Of a stretch of DNA of 64,000 bases, positions 52,162-63,189 are shown in pieces. The position numbers and the translations under genes were made by a program. This DNA comes from Candidatus Cloacimonadales bacterium (GTDB lineage: Bacteria > Cloacimonadota > Cloacimonadia > Cloacimonadales > JAIOQZ01). Every line of letters begins with the position of its first letter. The first letter of the stretch is position 1. Where the stretch lies: NCBI GenBank assembly GCA_963665815.1, contig OY762463.1, forward strand, positions 3,584,001 through 3,648,000. Reading direction: 5' to 3'. The notes under the pieces are model-generated. The model made no database searches. It was not told the DNA's origin and saw nothing but the letters and a program-made list of their open reading frames with translations.

Positions 52162-55100
52162 TTACTTCAGCATCAGCATTTTCTTAGTTTGTGTTGTTTC
52201 AGAGGTTTGCAGTCTGTAGAAGTATGTTCCACTTGAAACTGAGTTTCCTCTGTCATCTTTACCATTCCAGGTAACCTTATGGTTATCTGCTTCCATTTCT
52301 TCACTTATAAGTGTTCTTACTTTCTGTCCGTTGATATTGTAGATAGCAAGTTCTACGTTTCCGGCTTTCTTAAGTGAGAATTCAATGTGTGTAGTAGGAT
52401 TGAATGGGTTAGGATAGTTACCTTTAAGTTCTGTTACAAGATTTACATCATCAGGATCGTTTGCAACTTCTTCAAATGTGAAATCAAAATCTGGAGCTGC
52501 TGCGGTACCTGTTTCATATACTGCTGTGATTGTAGCAGTAAGTTGTTCTCCAATGTTAAATCCTGTCACTGTGAAGAATGTATCTGATGTTGTTTGATTA
52601 ATAATATCAATTTCAACTCTGAAATACATGAATGCACGTTCGTCTTCTTCATTATCAGAATCTCTTTCAACATAAGATGATCCTTCAACAAGTGCTGTTT
52701 CACCATCTGCTCTGGTTCCATAAATTCTGTCACCATGTTGCCAAACAAGAATACGATCATTGTTAAGCCATTGGATGTTTGTTGGAGCAATAAGGATTTC
52801 ATCAAGAGTAACATCAACAGGAGTATTGTCACCATTTACAATAACAATATTCTGTTGTTCGTGAATGTTACAGTCCGGAAGTGAAGCTGTAAGATTGTAT
52901 GTTCCCGGAAGAACCTCGTTGAGAAGAACAACACCGGTATCATCTGATGTTTCAGTATATGTGTTTGTTCCGTCAGTAAGTTCAACAATTGCACCGGTTG
53001 GTGAACTGAGGTTTGTTGTTATATTAACTGTGAAATGACCATATTCGTTAAGAATAATATCAAGATCAACAGTTGCATCCGCAGCTATAACTACGTTAGA
53101 TTCAGTTTGATCAATATAACCATCTTTAGTTGCATTAACAGTATATGTTCCCGGTGTAACCTGTACAAATGTGTAGTTACCTTGTGCATCTGTTGTTGTT
53201 GTAATAGCAAGTTGTTCGATTTCAACAAGAGCTCCGGCAACTTCAACATTAGCATGATCGTAAACAGTACCCATGAGGATTGCACCCTGAGTCATTGTGA
53301 AGTTTACGTCAGTAAGGTTGTCCTGAGTTACTACGACATTAGTTTGTGTATTGTTATCATAATTTGTCAAACTTGCAGTTACTGTATATGTTTCAACAGG
53401 AACATTAAGGAATTGATAGAATCCATTATTACCTGTATATTGAACAGACTGGAGTTCTTCAATCAGTACTTGAGCGTTAAACAGTGGGTTGCCGTTAATG
53501 TCACGTACATAGCCCTGAATACCTGTTTGTGATGCTTGAACGTTCACTGGAAGTGGTGCAGAAGCATCATTACCAGGACCTTCGTCACCGGCAAGAACAA
53601 CTTTACCGAAGATATTCTGATTTCCTTCCATTCCTGCTTGAGGAATCCAGGTGATAACATAATCATTAATCTGATCATGTGCAATTGTAGTACCTGCAAT
53701 AGTTCCGAGTTCGGTATCAGGAGCAAGCATAAGTTTTACATCATAAGTTGATTGTGTGTTAAGACCATTATTTCTTACGGAAATTGTATAATCTGAAGGT
53801 GATCCAACCATTGGAGTTGTGTTACCAATAACTGTAATAACTGTAAGATCATCGTCTGGTGGTGTTGTAATATTAACTCCAACATCATCAAGGTATAGGT
53901 TAGGACCGTATCCTGAAATACCATCAAACTTAAGATAGATTGTCTGACCACTATATGCATCAATATTTACGGTTTCCTGAACAAAAGTACCAGGAGCTGT
54001 ACTTTGAGCACCATCATTAGATTCAAACAGAGAATCCTGAATTGACCATACAACAGTCCAGTTTGATTGATCTGTTGATACTGACACTTCAAAAGCATCA
54101 TCCGGATATGAAGTATTGAATGTGTGTGACCATTTGAAAAGAAGGTCTGCGTTTCCTGTTAATGCGATTGGTGGTGAGTATAATTCAGCATTACCAGTGC
54201 TCCAGCTCCAGAAGTTTGCGAATATACTTCCTGAACCTGCATCTTCAGCCCATTGCTGAGTACCACCATAGCTCCAGCCACGTGGCTCAAGTGGGAATGA
54301 TGAGAAATCTTCTGTCCATGGGAAGTTAGTAACTGTTGGATCAGGTCTTGTTGTGAATGACCATACAGGGCATCCTGTAGCATCACCATTAGTGTTATAA
54401 GGTACTACAGTCCAGTAGTAAGTAGTATTGAATGCAAGTCCTGAGAAGTCGTAAGTTTGTACGTTACCAAGATCTGTTCCATTTTCAATGTTTGTAGGTG
54501 GGTTATCTGACCCAAAGAAGAGTTTATAACCGGTTGTTCCTCCAGTAGTATTCCATCTGAGTGTGCCCATTTCGATAATTTCATTAGCACCATCAGCAGG
54601 AGTATCAGCTGTTGAGCATCCAGGAGGTGTTGAAACGCTGAAAACAGTAGCATTATCAACGTAGAAGTTAGGACCATAGCCTGTGTAACCTACTACATCA
54701 ATGTATATCGTTTGTCCAAGATAACTGTCAAGATTGAATTCAGCATAAGTAAATGTACCTGGAGCAGTGTTCGCAGCTCCATCGTTTGAATCGAAGTTAG
54801 TTCCACCAAGAGTCCATTCCATGTTCCAGTTAACTCCATCAGTAGAAACTAATACTGCTGCAGAGTCTGTAGGATATGTAGTGCTGTATAAGTGAGACCA
54901 GTTGAAACCAAAGCTGTAAGAACCTGTAGCAGGGAGGGCTATTGGAGGTGTAACCATATGAGCTTCACCATCGCTCCAACCCCAGAAATTACAGTATGCG
55001 GATCCTGATCCTGAATCTTCTGCCCACAGTCTTGATCCAGCAAAGACCCAGTCTTGTAGTGGCCATACGCTGAAATCTTCAGTCCATGGGAAAGTAGATA

Positions 55101-57627
55101 TGGTTGGATCAGCTCTTACAGTGAATGATCTTACAGGACATCCTGTAGGTTCACCGTTTGTATTGTAAGGAGTTACCATCCAGTAGTAAGTTGTTCCGAA
55201 AGTTAATCCTGAGAAGTCATAAGATAAAGCTGCTCCAACATCAAGACCATCTTCTATGTTAGTAGGAGGATTATCTGTACCAAGAGAAACTTTATAGCCT
55301 GTTGCACCTTGTGATCCACTCCAAGTCAGTGTTCCAGCTTCAATAATGTCAACAGCCATATCAGCAGGAGTATTCAGTGCGTTACATGCAGGTGCTGTAA
55401 CATTATCATAAATAGCAATATCATCTATCGCTATATCACCATAAAAACTGTCTGTACCAATTGCATTGAATCTCAAGGTCAGGTCGCTTGCAGAGAAAGA
55501 TGTTAAATCAATATTAACTTCTGACCATGCAGGAGAATATCCGTATGTAGCAACGCCATTATTCCATGAACCATTTGAATATATATCAATGCTCAATGTT
55601 GATTGAGCCTGCTCAGCCTGAGCTACATCACCATTCCAGAAAAAGAATGATACTACAGGACTTGTTAGACCGGTAACATCAAACGGAGAAGTTGCAATAG
55701 CTGCGTTGTCTTGACCTGTACCGCTGTCATCAAATCCAAGGAAGTTACCTGAACCTGTTGTATTATCCATATCTGCAGCGTAATCAATTGTTGTTAAAAT
55801 ATTCCACATATCTTCAAGACTTTCATCATGTGTCCATGCAGTTGGGATACCATTTTCAAAGTCTTCATTATAAGGGAAGGTATTAATTGTAGGATTACTT
55901 CTTGTTGTGAATGTCCATTCAGGACATCCTGAAGCATCGCCTGAAGCATTCTGAGGTATCACTTTCCAGAAATACTGAGTATCATAAGCTAATCCACCGT
56001 AATCAAGTGTTAATGAATCAACTACAACATCGTTGTAAACATCGTAATTACCTGTGGATGATCCAAGAGAAACTTTGTAGCTTGTTGCAAGCTGGGCAGA
56101 GTTCCATCTTAATGTTCCAAATTCAGTTACTGTTGTGGTGTCTGTTGGAGCAACGCTGGTTGTACAACCAGGAGGGTTAGCTACATTCATAACTGAAACG
56201 TTGTCAATAAACACATCAGGACCATATCCTGAAGCTGCGTAGAAGTTAACAATTACTGTTTGTCCTGCGTATGCAGAAAGATTGTATGAGTAATTTACAA
56301 AAGTACCAGGAGTAATATTACCTGCACCGTCATTTGAGTCAAGGTCAGGACCAACTTCTGAGAAGATTTCAGTCCAGTTTACACCATCAGTAGATATAAG
56401 CACTGCAAGTGAGTCGTTTGGATATGTTGCGCTATAAAGACTTGACCAGTCGAACATAAAGCTGTAGTTGCCTTGTGCAGGCACAGCTATTGGAGGTGTA
56501 ATCATTTGAGCAATGCCGTCACTCCAACCCCAGAAATGACAATATGCACTAACGGAAGCAGAATGCTGAGCCCAGTCTCTATCACCGGCAAAAGTCCAGT
56601 CAACCGGAGGCCATACTGAGAAATCTTCTGTCCATGGGAAAGTAGAAATTGCACCGGCTTGTGTTCTGAAAGTCCATGTAGAGCCTTCAGTAGTGAATCT
56701 TGTGTTAGTGTTATGTAAAACAAGCTTCCACTCATAATCAGTTCCTGCTGTGAGACCTGAATATGAGTAAGAACCTGTTGTACCAGCAGCTGCACCTGTA
56801 ACAACTTCTGTCATGTTTCCTGCAGGTCCCAGCCACAGATCATAAGTATCTGTATCAATTCCGAAATCCCATGCAAGGTTTCCGTCTAAAGGTAATCCTT
56901 CACTACCATTTGCAGGAACAGGATTCTGAGCAAAACCGGGATATCCGGCTTCAATTGTATAGAATCTGATTGCAAGGTTGTCTGATAAGTTAGCTCCATC
57001 GTTGTAACAATATGTTAAACCGGTTGAGCCATCGGCATTTTCTATACCTACAGAACAACTATTTCTATCAATGATATCATCAATTTGCTGATACTGAATG
57101 AAGATTTCACCATTCTCGGTAAGAATAACCTGAGCAGTAACTTTACCACCACCATTATAAAGGTATTCATAATAATCGATAAATGAGATCAGGAAAGCAT
57201 TACCGCCATCAAAAGTGATGTTCTCATAATAAACTTGGGTTGCAAGAGTATCAAATCCCGGATCCATGTCATCCCAATACCATGCAATGAGGTTATTAGG
57301 GTTTGATGGATCAGGCATATCCTGATTTGATAGTGAAGATGTTCCACTGAATGATAAAATACCATCAGAAGAAACTGTAAGTGAATCATAAGAAACACCA
57401 TAAAAATTGAAGTTAAAACCAATAGGTACAGGATGTGTAGTCGTGTCATCCATACCTGTAATTAGTGTCGCATTAGCATTTGGTGTTATCCAATTGTAAG
57501 CAGGTCCGTTAACATCGTTACTGCTTATCCATGAATATCCAAAAGCATCCGGTCCACCTGAATTCTGACCGAATAAGATAGTACTGATTAACAAAGCTAT
57601 AGCGATTATAAATAGCTTTTTATTCAT
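52162..57627 (-). CDS. Gene D: secreted modular protein (NIDO-like, 4 jelly-roll/MAM-like modules, Fn3-like linkers, CARDB, stalk, FlgD-Ig/CTD)
   Basis: aaggagga RBS before ATG 57627 (MNKKLFIIAIALLISTILFGQ); GGPDAFGYSW; CTD as in B/C. Confidence 0.9.
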   Translation of the reverse strand: MNKKLFIIAIALLISTILFGQNSGGPDAFGYSWISSNDVNGPAYNWITPNANATLITGMDDTTTHPVPIGFNFNFYGVSYDSLTVSSDGILSFSGTSSLSNQDMPDPSNPNNLIAWYWDDMDPGFDTLATQVYYENITFDGGNAFLISFIDYYEYLYNGGGKVTAQVILTENGEIFIQYQQIDDIIDRNSCSVGIENADGSTGLTYCYNDGANLSDNLAIRFYTIEAGYPGFAQNPVPANGSEGLPLDGNLAWDFGIDTDTYDLWLGPAGNMTEVVTGAAAGTTGSYSYSGLTAGTDYEWKLVLHNTNTRFTTEGSTWTFRTQAGAISTFPWTEDFSVWPPVDWTFAGDRDWAQHSASVSAYCHFWGWSDGIAQMITPPIAVPAQGNYSFMFDWSSLYSATYPNDSLAVLISTDGVNWTEIFSEVGPDLDSNDGAGNITPGTFVNYSYNLSAYAGQTVIVNFYAASGYGPDVFIDNVSVMNVANPPGCTTSVAPTDTTTVTEFGTLRWNSAQLATSYKVSLGSSTGNYDVYNDVVVDSLTLDYGGLAYDTQYFWKVIPQNASGDASGCPEWTFTTRSNPTINTFPYNEDFENGIPTAWTHDESLEDMWNILTTIDYAADMDNTTGSGNFLGFDDSGTGQDNAAIATSPFDVTGLTSPVVSFFFWNGDVAQAEQAQSTLSIDIYSNGSWNNGVATYGYSPAWSEVNIDLTSFSASDLTLRFNAIGTDSFYGDIAIDDIAIYDNVTAPACNALNTPADMAVDIIEAGTLTWSGSQGATGYKVSLGTDNPPTNIEDGLDVGAALSYDFSGLTFGTTYYWMVTPYNTNGEPTGCPVRSFTVRADPTISTFPWTEDFSVWPLQDWVFAGSRLWAEDSGSGSAYCNFWGWSDGEAHMVTPPIALPATGSYSFGFNWSHLYSTTYPTDSAAVLVSTDGVNWNMEWTLGGTNFDSNDGAANTAPGTFTYAEFNLDSYLGQTIYIDVVGYTGYGPNFYVDNATVFSVSTPPGCSTADTPADGANEIIEMGTLRWNTTGGTTGYKLFFGSDNPPTNIENGTDLGNVQTYDFSGLAFNTTYYWTVVPYNTNGDATGCPVWSFTTRPDPTVTNFPWTEDFSSFPLEPRGWSYGGTQQWAEDAGSGSIFANFWSWSTGNAELYSPPIALTGNADLLFKWSHTFNTSYPDDAFEVSVSTDQSNWTVVWSIQDSLFESNDGAQSTAPGTFVQETVNIDAYSGQTIYLKFDGISGYGPNLYLDDVGVNITTPPDDDLTVITVIGNTTPMVGSPSDYTISVRNNGLNTQSTYDVKLMLAPDTELGTIAGTTIAHDQINDYVITWIPQAGMEGNQNIFGKVVLAGDEGPGNDASAPLPVNVQASQTGIQGYVRDINGNPLFNAQVLIEELQSVQYTGNNGFYQFLNVPVETYTVTASLTNYDNNTQTNVVVTQDNLTDVNFTMTQGAILMGTVYDHANVEVAGALVEIEQLAITTTTDAQGNYTFVQVTPGTYTVNATKDGYIDQTESNVVIAADATVDLDIILNEYGHFTVNITTNLSSPTGAIVELTDGTNTYTETSDDTGVVLLNEVLPGTYNLTASLPDCNIHEQQNIVIVNGDNTPVDVTLDEILIAPTNIQWLNNDRILVWQHGDRIYGTRADGETALVEGSSYVERDSDNEEDERAFMYFRVEIDIINQTTSDTFFTVTGFNIGEQLTATITAVYETGTAAAPDFDFTFEEVANDPDDVNLVTELKGNYPNPFNPTTHIEFSLKKAGNVELAIYNINGQKVRTLISEEMEADNHKVTWNGKDDRGNSVSSGTYFYRLQTSETTQTKKMLMLK

Positions 57628-57752
57628 ACTGATCCTCCTTTGTTTAGTTTGCATGCTAAGAGTAAAATTTGTTTTTTTGTAAAATGTAGTCAAATATTAA
57701 GATGGATATTTTTACTTATTGAAGTGTAAATGTATAATCAGAGCGACACTAT

Positions 57753-58631
57753 TTATTTACTCTTTTTTGAACGCATTTTAAATAATACCAAGTATAACCC
57801 CGGGATTGCAGGAAGAAATGCATTGAAGAAAAATATTGTCAATGCTGCAGTTACTGAGATCTCAGGAGAGATACTCAAATGCTTGAAGAAATATACTGCA
57901 AATACTTCTCTGAATCCAAGTCCACTATATGACACAGGAATGGTGTTTGATGCCATTATCAGGGATACAGAAAGGAATACATTCCAGAAGCTGATTTCAG
58001 CAAACTGATTAAGTATTACATAATATTGAATAAAAGTAAGGAGGACAAATATCATATGTGAGATAGTGATATTAGGTATAATTCTCAAAAAATTTATTGC
58101 CATATCGTCAATTTTCAGGAACTTAAGTCTGATAATCAAGTAAAGGATGAAAGGAGCTAAAGCACATAATACAAAAGCTGACAATTTAACTGCAAAATGT
58201 ATTTGAGGGAAAAAGTAAAATGAAGCAAATAACGCAAAAATTAAAGTCTTCCAAGTCAGAAAAAAAAGTTCAAAAAAAATCAAAATTGCAGAGCGCTTCT
58301 TGCTGTGATTTAAAAAGAATACTTTTCCAAAAGCTGCCTGAGTACCTGGTATAAGGAACCTTAAAGATAAACCGATCAAATGAGTTTTGAAGGCCTCATA
58401 CTTATTTTTTACATAAGAATTATCAACCCTGAGCAGACATTTCCAGTTGTAGTATTGAGAGTAAAGCTTAACTGAAGATGTCAAGATGAGAATTAACACG
58501 ACTGATAATTTGTATTCTGAAACAACGGTGATAAGTTCTTTGAAGTCAATTCTCCGGAAGACTAAGTACAACAGTACAACAGAAACTATTATCTTAAGAA
58601 GGAAGAATAAATTTTTTCTGTTAAACTTCAT
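57753..58631 (-). CDS. Lysylphosphatidylglycerol-synthase TM / flippase-like membrane protein (YbhN-like)
   Basis: LKIIVSVVLLYLVF..ID, FLIPG, IPVSYSGLGFRE motif; ATGA overlap with GT2 stop. Confidence 0.75.
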   Translation of the reverse strand: MKFNRKNLFFLLKIIVSVVLLYLVFRRIDFKELITVVSEYKLSVVLILILTSSVKLYSQYYNWKCLLRVDNSYVKNKYEAFKTHLIGLSLRFLIPGTQAAFGKVFFLNHSKKRSAILIFFELFFLTWKTLIFALFASFYFFPQIHFAVKLSAFVLCALAPFILYLIIRLKFLKIDDMAINFLRIIPNITISHMIFVLLTFIQYYVILNQFAEISFWNVFLSVSLIMASNTIPVSYSGLGFREVFAVYFFKHLSISPEISVTAALTIFFFNAFLPAIPGLYLVLFKMRSKKSK

Positions 58632-59698
58632 TTCCATTTCCAATTGCCTGTGTTACCCATAATTGAAAAGAATATAACAAAATATGGGAAGATGATCATA
58701 TATGGATAGTTCATGAAAGAGAAATTATGATTGTGTTTTTTACATGTTATGTAAATTAGATGATAGAATAACAGAGCAGTAAATATTATTGATGAAAGGA
58801 AAAATATTGAGGTCAGGTATTCTCCTTTCAGGATGTAAGTGAAAAGAAAAACAGGACTGAGCATATAGTAAAGAAATATACATATTGATAGAATCTGATA
58901 TGGAATATTACTCATCTTGAATTTTCCGGTATACCTCTTTACTCTGTTGAAATAGTTAGAACTTTCATGGGCTTTTACCATTGATAGGTAATTATAACTA
59001 ACTTTTCCACTGTTAGCTGCAACTTGCTTGAGGGTCAGTTTATCATCTCCTGATACATAGTTTTTTATCTTGTCGTAAACATTGTATCGGATAAGGAAAT
59101 CTCTCCTGACAGCCATGTTTCTTCCAGAACAGCTCATAGGTCTTCCTACTCCGACAGTACTGGCAAAAACTGACGTGCTGAACCAACGAAAAATCTGCAT
59201 GAAAAATCTACAGCCTACCTCTATTGATGCTCCTATTGACATGGTAATAGACGAATCCATAAAATGATTATAAGATTCTAACCAGTTATTTTCCGGAGAG
59301 CAATCAGCATCTGTAAAAACAACAATATCTTTCACTGCTTTTCCAACAGCAAATTTAAGAGCAGCTTTTTTCCCCTTATACTCAGTGCTTTTTTTTTCAA
59401 GCCGGAAGCATTTTGCATAGGGATTTTCTTTGCAGAAATTCTGCATTAAATCAAAGGTAGTATCTGTTGAAGCATCATCCACAAGTATTATCTCATAATC
59501 ATCATAAGCAAGTTTGCCTAAGCCATCAAATAGAACACGGATTCTGGATTCTTCGTTTCTTGCAACAGCAATAACGGAATATGAGTTATGTGTCATTTTC
59601 AATTCTTTCAGTCGATATACACCACTGATAAAGAAAATGATCATAAACCAGAACAGAACCGAAAATAATGTATATACTATTAATAATGATTGATCCAT
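58628..59698 (-). CDS. Membrane-bound glycosyltransferase family 2
   Basis: SVIAVARNEE, LVDDASTDTT, GKKAAL, FTDADC, SGDD. Start may be 59698 or 59740. Confidence 0.88.
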   Translation of the reverse strand: MDQSLLIVYTLFSVLFWFMIIFFISGVYRLKELKMTHNSYSVIAVARNEESRIRVLFDGLGKLAYDDYEIILVDDASTDTTFDLMQNFCKENPYAKCFRLEKKSTEYKGKKAALKFAVGKAVKDIVVFTDADCSPENNWLESYNHFMDSSITMSIGASIEVGCRFFMQIFRWFSTSVFASTVGVGRPMSCSGRNMAVRRDFLIRYNVYDKIKNYVSGDDKLTLKQVAANSGKVSYNYLSMVKAHESSNYFNRVKRYTGKFKMSNIPYQILSICIFLYYMLSPVFLFTYILKGEYLTSIFFLSSIIFTALLFYHLIYITCKKHNHNFSFMNYPYMIIFPYFVIFFSIMGNTGNWKWK

Positions 59699-59870
59699 GA
59701 TACTCTCAATGTTTGTAGATAAAAATCTGATGAGTTTCATCAGCTTTCAATTTATTCTCAAAAGTGTTTTTTTAATGAATATGTCAAGGTACAAAATGGA
59801 GTTCCGAATAATCAGCATTTTTTATTGACTTTTTTGGGCAGTACTCAATATGTTTTTTCAGGAGAAAAAT

Positions 59871-60578
59871 ATGAAAAAGACTTTTTTACTGCTGGCACTG
59901 TTTTCAGTGCTGTTATGGGGCTGCAAAAGCAGTGGATCTACAGAACCATCAGGGAACAACAATTCTTCGGATTTTTCTGATTATGACTATCAGCTGGATT
60001 TGAGTATTGTACAAGTACCTTACATGGATGGGCTGAGAAGTTATGGATATACTGATATTTTCATGAGATGTAAGGATGATACGGAGTTAACTAATTTCAC
60101 CTGTACAATAAATGGTGTTCAATGCAGTACAGAATGGGTTGTATATACAATCTCAGATAAAAAAGGATACAATATCTGGGGTGTTGAAATGTTTGCTGAC
60201 TCAATATATTCTGTCAGTATTCAATCGGATGAACTCAATAAGGAACTAACTGTCAGTCTTCCATCTGCAACAGAAGCAGTCTGGCCGGTTGATTTTGATT
60301 CTGCTGGTGATTTTACTGTCAGCTGGGCATCTGATCTTGATTGTGAAGTTCAGAGACTTTTATTAACATGCTATGAAGATTCTTATGTGAATGGGATAGA
60401 GTTTAACTATGAAATTGATACTGCAGAAAGAGGATACACAATACCTGCAAACACAATTAGTTCATCATATACTACTCAGGAGTTTGAACTGAGAAGAATA
60501 AATTTCAAAGCATCCGGAGAATTTGTTCTCACGGCAAGGATAGTTGATAAGTTTTCATATTCGTGTATAATCTGCTGA
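59871..60578 (+). CDS. Hypothetical lipoprotein
   Basis: RBS aggag; MKKTFLLLALFSVLLWG-C lipobox followed by Ser/Asn-rich linker. Confidence 0.8.
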   Translation: MKKTFLLLALFSVLLWGCKSSGSTEPSGNNNSSDFSDYDYQLDLSIVQVPYMDGLRSYGYTDIFMRCKDDTELTNFTCTINGVQCSTEWVVYTISDKKGYNIWGVEMFADSIYSVSIQSDELNKELTVSLPSATEAVWPVDFDSAGDFTVSWASDLDCEVQRLLLTCYEDSYVNGIEFNYEIDTAERGYTIPANTISSSYTTQEFELRRINFKASGEFVLTARIVDKFSYSCIIC

Positions 60579-60657
60579 TTTCACTACATGGAAGCGTGAC
60601 TTCCTTAAGAATGAAACTGTAATAAATGCTGTTAATTTGATTTTAGTATTATAAATG

Positions 60658-60685
60658 AAAAGCCTGCTGTATGACCAGCAGGCTT
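60658..60685. terminator. Terminator between convergent lipoprotein gene and leuS
   Basis: aagcctgctg-tatgac-cagcaggctt. Confidence 0.7.
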
Positions 60686-60708
60686 CAACTTTATGTGATG
60701 TTATCGTC

Positions 60709-63189
60709 CTAATTTCCTGTAACTATACTTACCAGTTTCTTAGGTACAACAATTATCTTTCTGATTTCTTTACCATCAGTATATTTTTTTACATTTTCCT
60801 GAGCCAGAGCAAGTTCTTTCAGTTCATCCTGGCTGATAGAAGCGGAAACTTCAAGTTTTCCCCGTACTTTACCCATCACCTGAACAACATATGTGATTTT
60901 ATCTTTTATAAGGTAAGCATCATTATGTCTGGCAATACCATGTGTATGAAGCATTTGAGTGTGTCCAGCCATTTCCCATAGCTCCTCACAGATATGAGGT
61001 GCAAAAGGATACATAAGCTGAGGAATAACATTAATCGCTTCTGCAAATACCATCTGATCATCAGCAGAAAGCTTTTCAGGATTCTTTATGGCAGTAATAT
61101 TGTTAAGATGTTCCATTACTGCCGCAACAGCTGTATTGAACTGCATTCTATCCTGAATATCCTCATTAACTTTCTTTATAGTATAATGAGTACTGTATCT
61201 AAGTTTCTTCATCTTATCCGAAATTTCTTCACAAGGGAATGAAACTCTATACTCTTTTAGGATATCAATATTTTTATCAAATACTCTCCAAATTCTGTTA
61301 AGGAATCTGAATGCTCCGACAACACCTTCATCACTCCATTCCACATCTTTTTCAGGTGGGGATGCAAACAGCATGAATGTACGTACAGTATCTGCACCGT
61401 AACGATCAATGTAATCTTTAGGATCTACAACATTACCTTTTGACTTTGACATTTTAGCACCATCTTTAATAACCATACCCTGAGTAAGGAGTCTTGCAAA
61501 CGGTTCGTCTGTCTTCACTAATCCGAGATCACGCATGAATTTGTGGAAGAATCTTGCATAGAGCAGGTGCATGCAGGCGTGTTCAATACCTCCGATATAC
61601 TGGTCAACCGGCAGCCAGTAGTCAGCATTACCTTTGCTGAATGCTTCATTGCTGTTAGAAGCATCGCTGTAACGTGCAAAATACCAGGAGCTGTCTACGA
61701 ATGTATCCATTGTATCAGTCTCTCTTCTTGCAGGTTTACCACATTTTGGACATTTTACATTAACCCAGTCTTCAACAGAAAGCAGTGGATTTTGTGTAGT
61801 TTTTCCAATGGCTACGTTTTCCGGAAGTTCAACAGGGAGATCTTCATCCGGTACAAGAACTACACCGCAGTCATTGCAATAAACAACAGGAATAGGATTG
61901 CCCCAGTAACGCTGGCGGGAAATACCCCAGTCTCTGAGTCTGTAGTTTATTGTATTCCTACCTTTAAGCTGGTCTTCTAACCAGAGAGAGATTTCATCCT
62001 TAGCATCACTGCTTACTTTATTATTGAATTGTCCTGAATTAACCATTATTCCGGGTTGGGTATATGCTTCAACCATATCATCAAGTTCAAGATCACCTTC
62101 AGGAGTCTGAATCACTATTTTCATGGGGATATCATATTTTGCTGCAAATTCAAAGTCACGTTGATCATGTGCAGGAACAGCCATTACAGCTCCTGTTCCA
62201 TAGTCCATTACAACATAGTTTGTTACCCAGATCTGTACTTTATCACCATTAGCAGGATTAATACAGTATCTCCCGGTGAAGAATCCTTCTTTCACGGTTT
62301 CATCGGAAGTTCTGGCAATCTTATCTTCATTCATGATTTTCTGACAGAATTTTTTGAATTCACTGTCTTCCGGTTCTTCTTGAAGCCATTCAGAAACAAA
62401 TGGATGTTCAGGAGGAACTGCCATGAAAGTTACACCGAAAATCGTATCCGGTCGTGTTGTGAATACAGGGATTATTTTATCTGCTCCTTCGAGAGTAAAG
62501 TTAATTTGTGTACCAATACTTTTACCAATCCAGTTAGTTTGCATTGTTACAACTCTCTCCGGCCAGTCTATTACATTATTGAAATCAAGAAGTTCTTCGG
62601 CGTATTCAGTGATTTTGAAAAACCACTGCTCCAGTTCTTTCTGTACAACTTCTTTACCACATCTCCAGCATGATCCGTCTTCTACCTGCTCATTGGCAAG
62701 AACAGTCTGACACTCTTCACACCAGTTCTGGAAGGACTTTTTCTTATAGGCCAGTCCTTTTTCATACATTTTCTTGAAGAACCACTGTCCCCACTTGTAG
62801 TAGTCCGGACGGCAAGTACTGACTTCGCGGTTCCAATCAAACCCGAATCCCATACTCTCAAATTGCTTTTTCATGATACTGATATTATCTTCGGTGGTAA
62901 TTTTCGGATGAGAATTATGCAGAATTGCAAAGTTCTCTGCCGGCATACCGAAAGAATCGTATCCCATAGGCTGCATGACATTGTAACCCTGCATCATTTT
63001 GTATCTTGAAACTGCATCTCCAATAGAATAATTAGAGACATGTCCCATGTGCAGAGCTCCGGATGGGTATGGGAACATGGAAAGAACGTAATACTTCTTT
63101 TTATCTTTATCTTCTGTTGGATTGAAAATATTTTCATCTTTCCATTTCTGCTGCCATTTTTTTTCTATTTTATTGAATGGATATTCCAT
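60709..63189 (-). CDS. leuS: Leucyl-tRNA synthetase
   Basis: MFPYPSGALHMGH, FTTRPDT, GTGAVMAVPAHDQRD, ISRQRYWG, KMSKS. Confidence 0.98.
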   Translation of the reverse strand: MEYPFNKIEKKWQQKWKDENIFNPTEDKDKKKYYVLSMFPYPSGALHMGHVSNYSIGDAVSRYKMMQGYNVMQPMGYDSFGMPAENFAILHNSHPKITTEDNISIMKKQFESMGFGFDWNREVSTCRPDYYKWGQWFFKKMYEKGLAYKKKSFQNWCEECQTVLANEQVEDGSCWRCGKEVVQKELEQWFFKITEYAEELLDFNNVIDWPERVVTMQTNWIGKSIGTQINFTLEGADKIIPVFTTRPDTIFGVTFMAVPPEHPFVSEWLQEEPEDSEFKKFCQKIMNEDKIARTSDETVKEGFFTGRYCINPANGDKVQIWVTNYVVMDYGTGAVMAVPAHDQRDFEFAAKYDIPMKIVIQTPEGDLELDDMVEAYTQPGIMVNSGQFNNKVSSDAKDEISLWLEDQLKGRNTINYRLRDWGISRQRYWGNPIPVVYCNDCGVVLVPDEDLPVELPENVAIGKTTQNPLLSVEDWVNVKCPKCGKPARRETDTMDTFVDSSWYFARYSDASNSNEAFSKGNADYWLPVDQYIGGIEHACMHLLYARFFHKFMRDLGLVKTDEPFARLLTQGMVIKDGAKMSKSKGNVVDPKDYIDRYGADTVRTFMLFASPPEKDVEWSDEGVVGAFRFLNRIWRVFDKNIDILKEYRVSFPCEEISDKMKKLRYSTHYTIKKVNEDIQDRMQFNTAVAAVMEHLNNITAIKNPEKLSADDQMVFAEAINVIPQLMYPFAPHICEELWEMAGHTQMLHTHGIARHNDAYLIKDKITYVVQVMGKVRGKLEVSASISQDELKELALAQENVKKYTDGKEIRKIIVVPKKLVSIVTGN

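Noticed and set aside
51995..52219. 74-aa ORF (and 23-aa counterpart at 51274) starting MKIKE after AGGAGG
   Set aside because: The SD-like sequence is part of the X palindrome and 12 nt from the ATG, the two copies diverge by frameshift after 8 codons, and the longer ORF runs antisense through gene D's terminator and stop.
5365..62710. Numerous 60-220 aa ORFs antisense or out of frame within long genes (e.g. 11424-12083, 29924-30430, 62056-62673)
   Set aside because: Shadow ORFs of well-supported genes, with no motifs or RBS.
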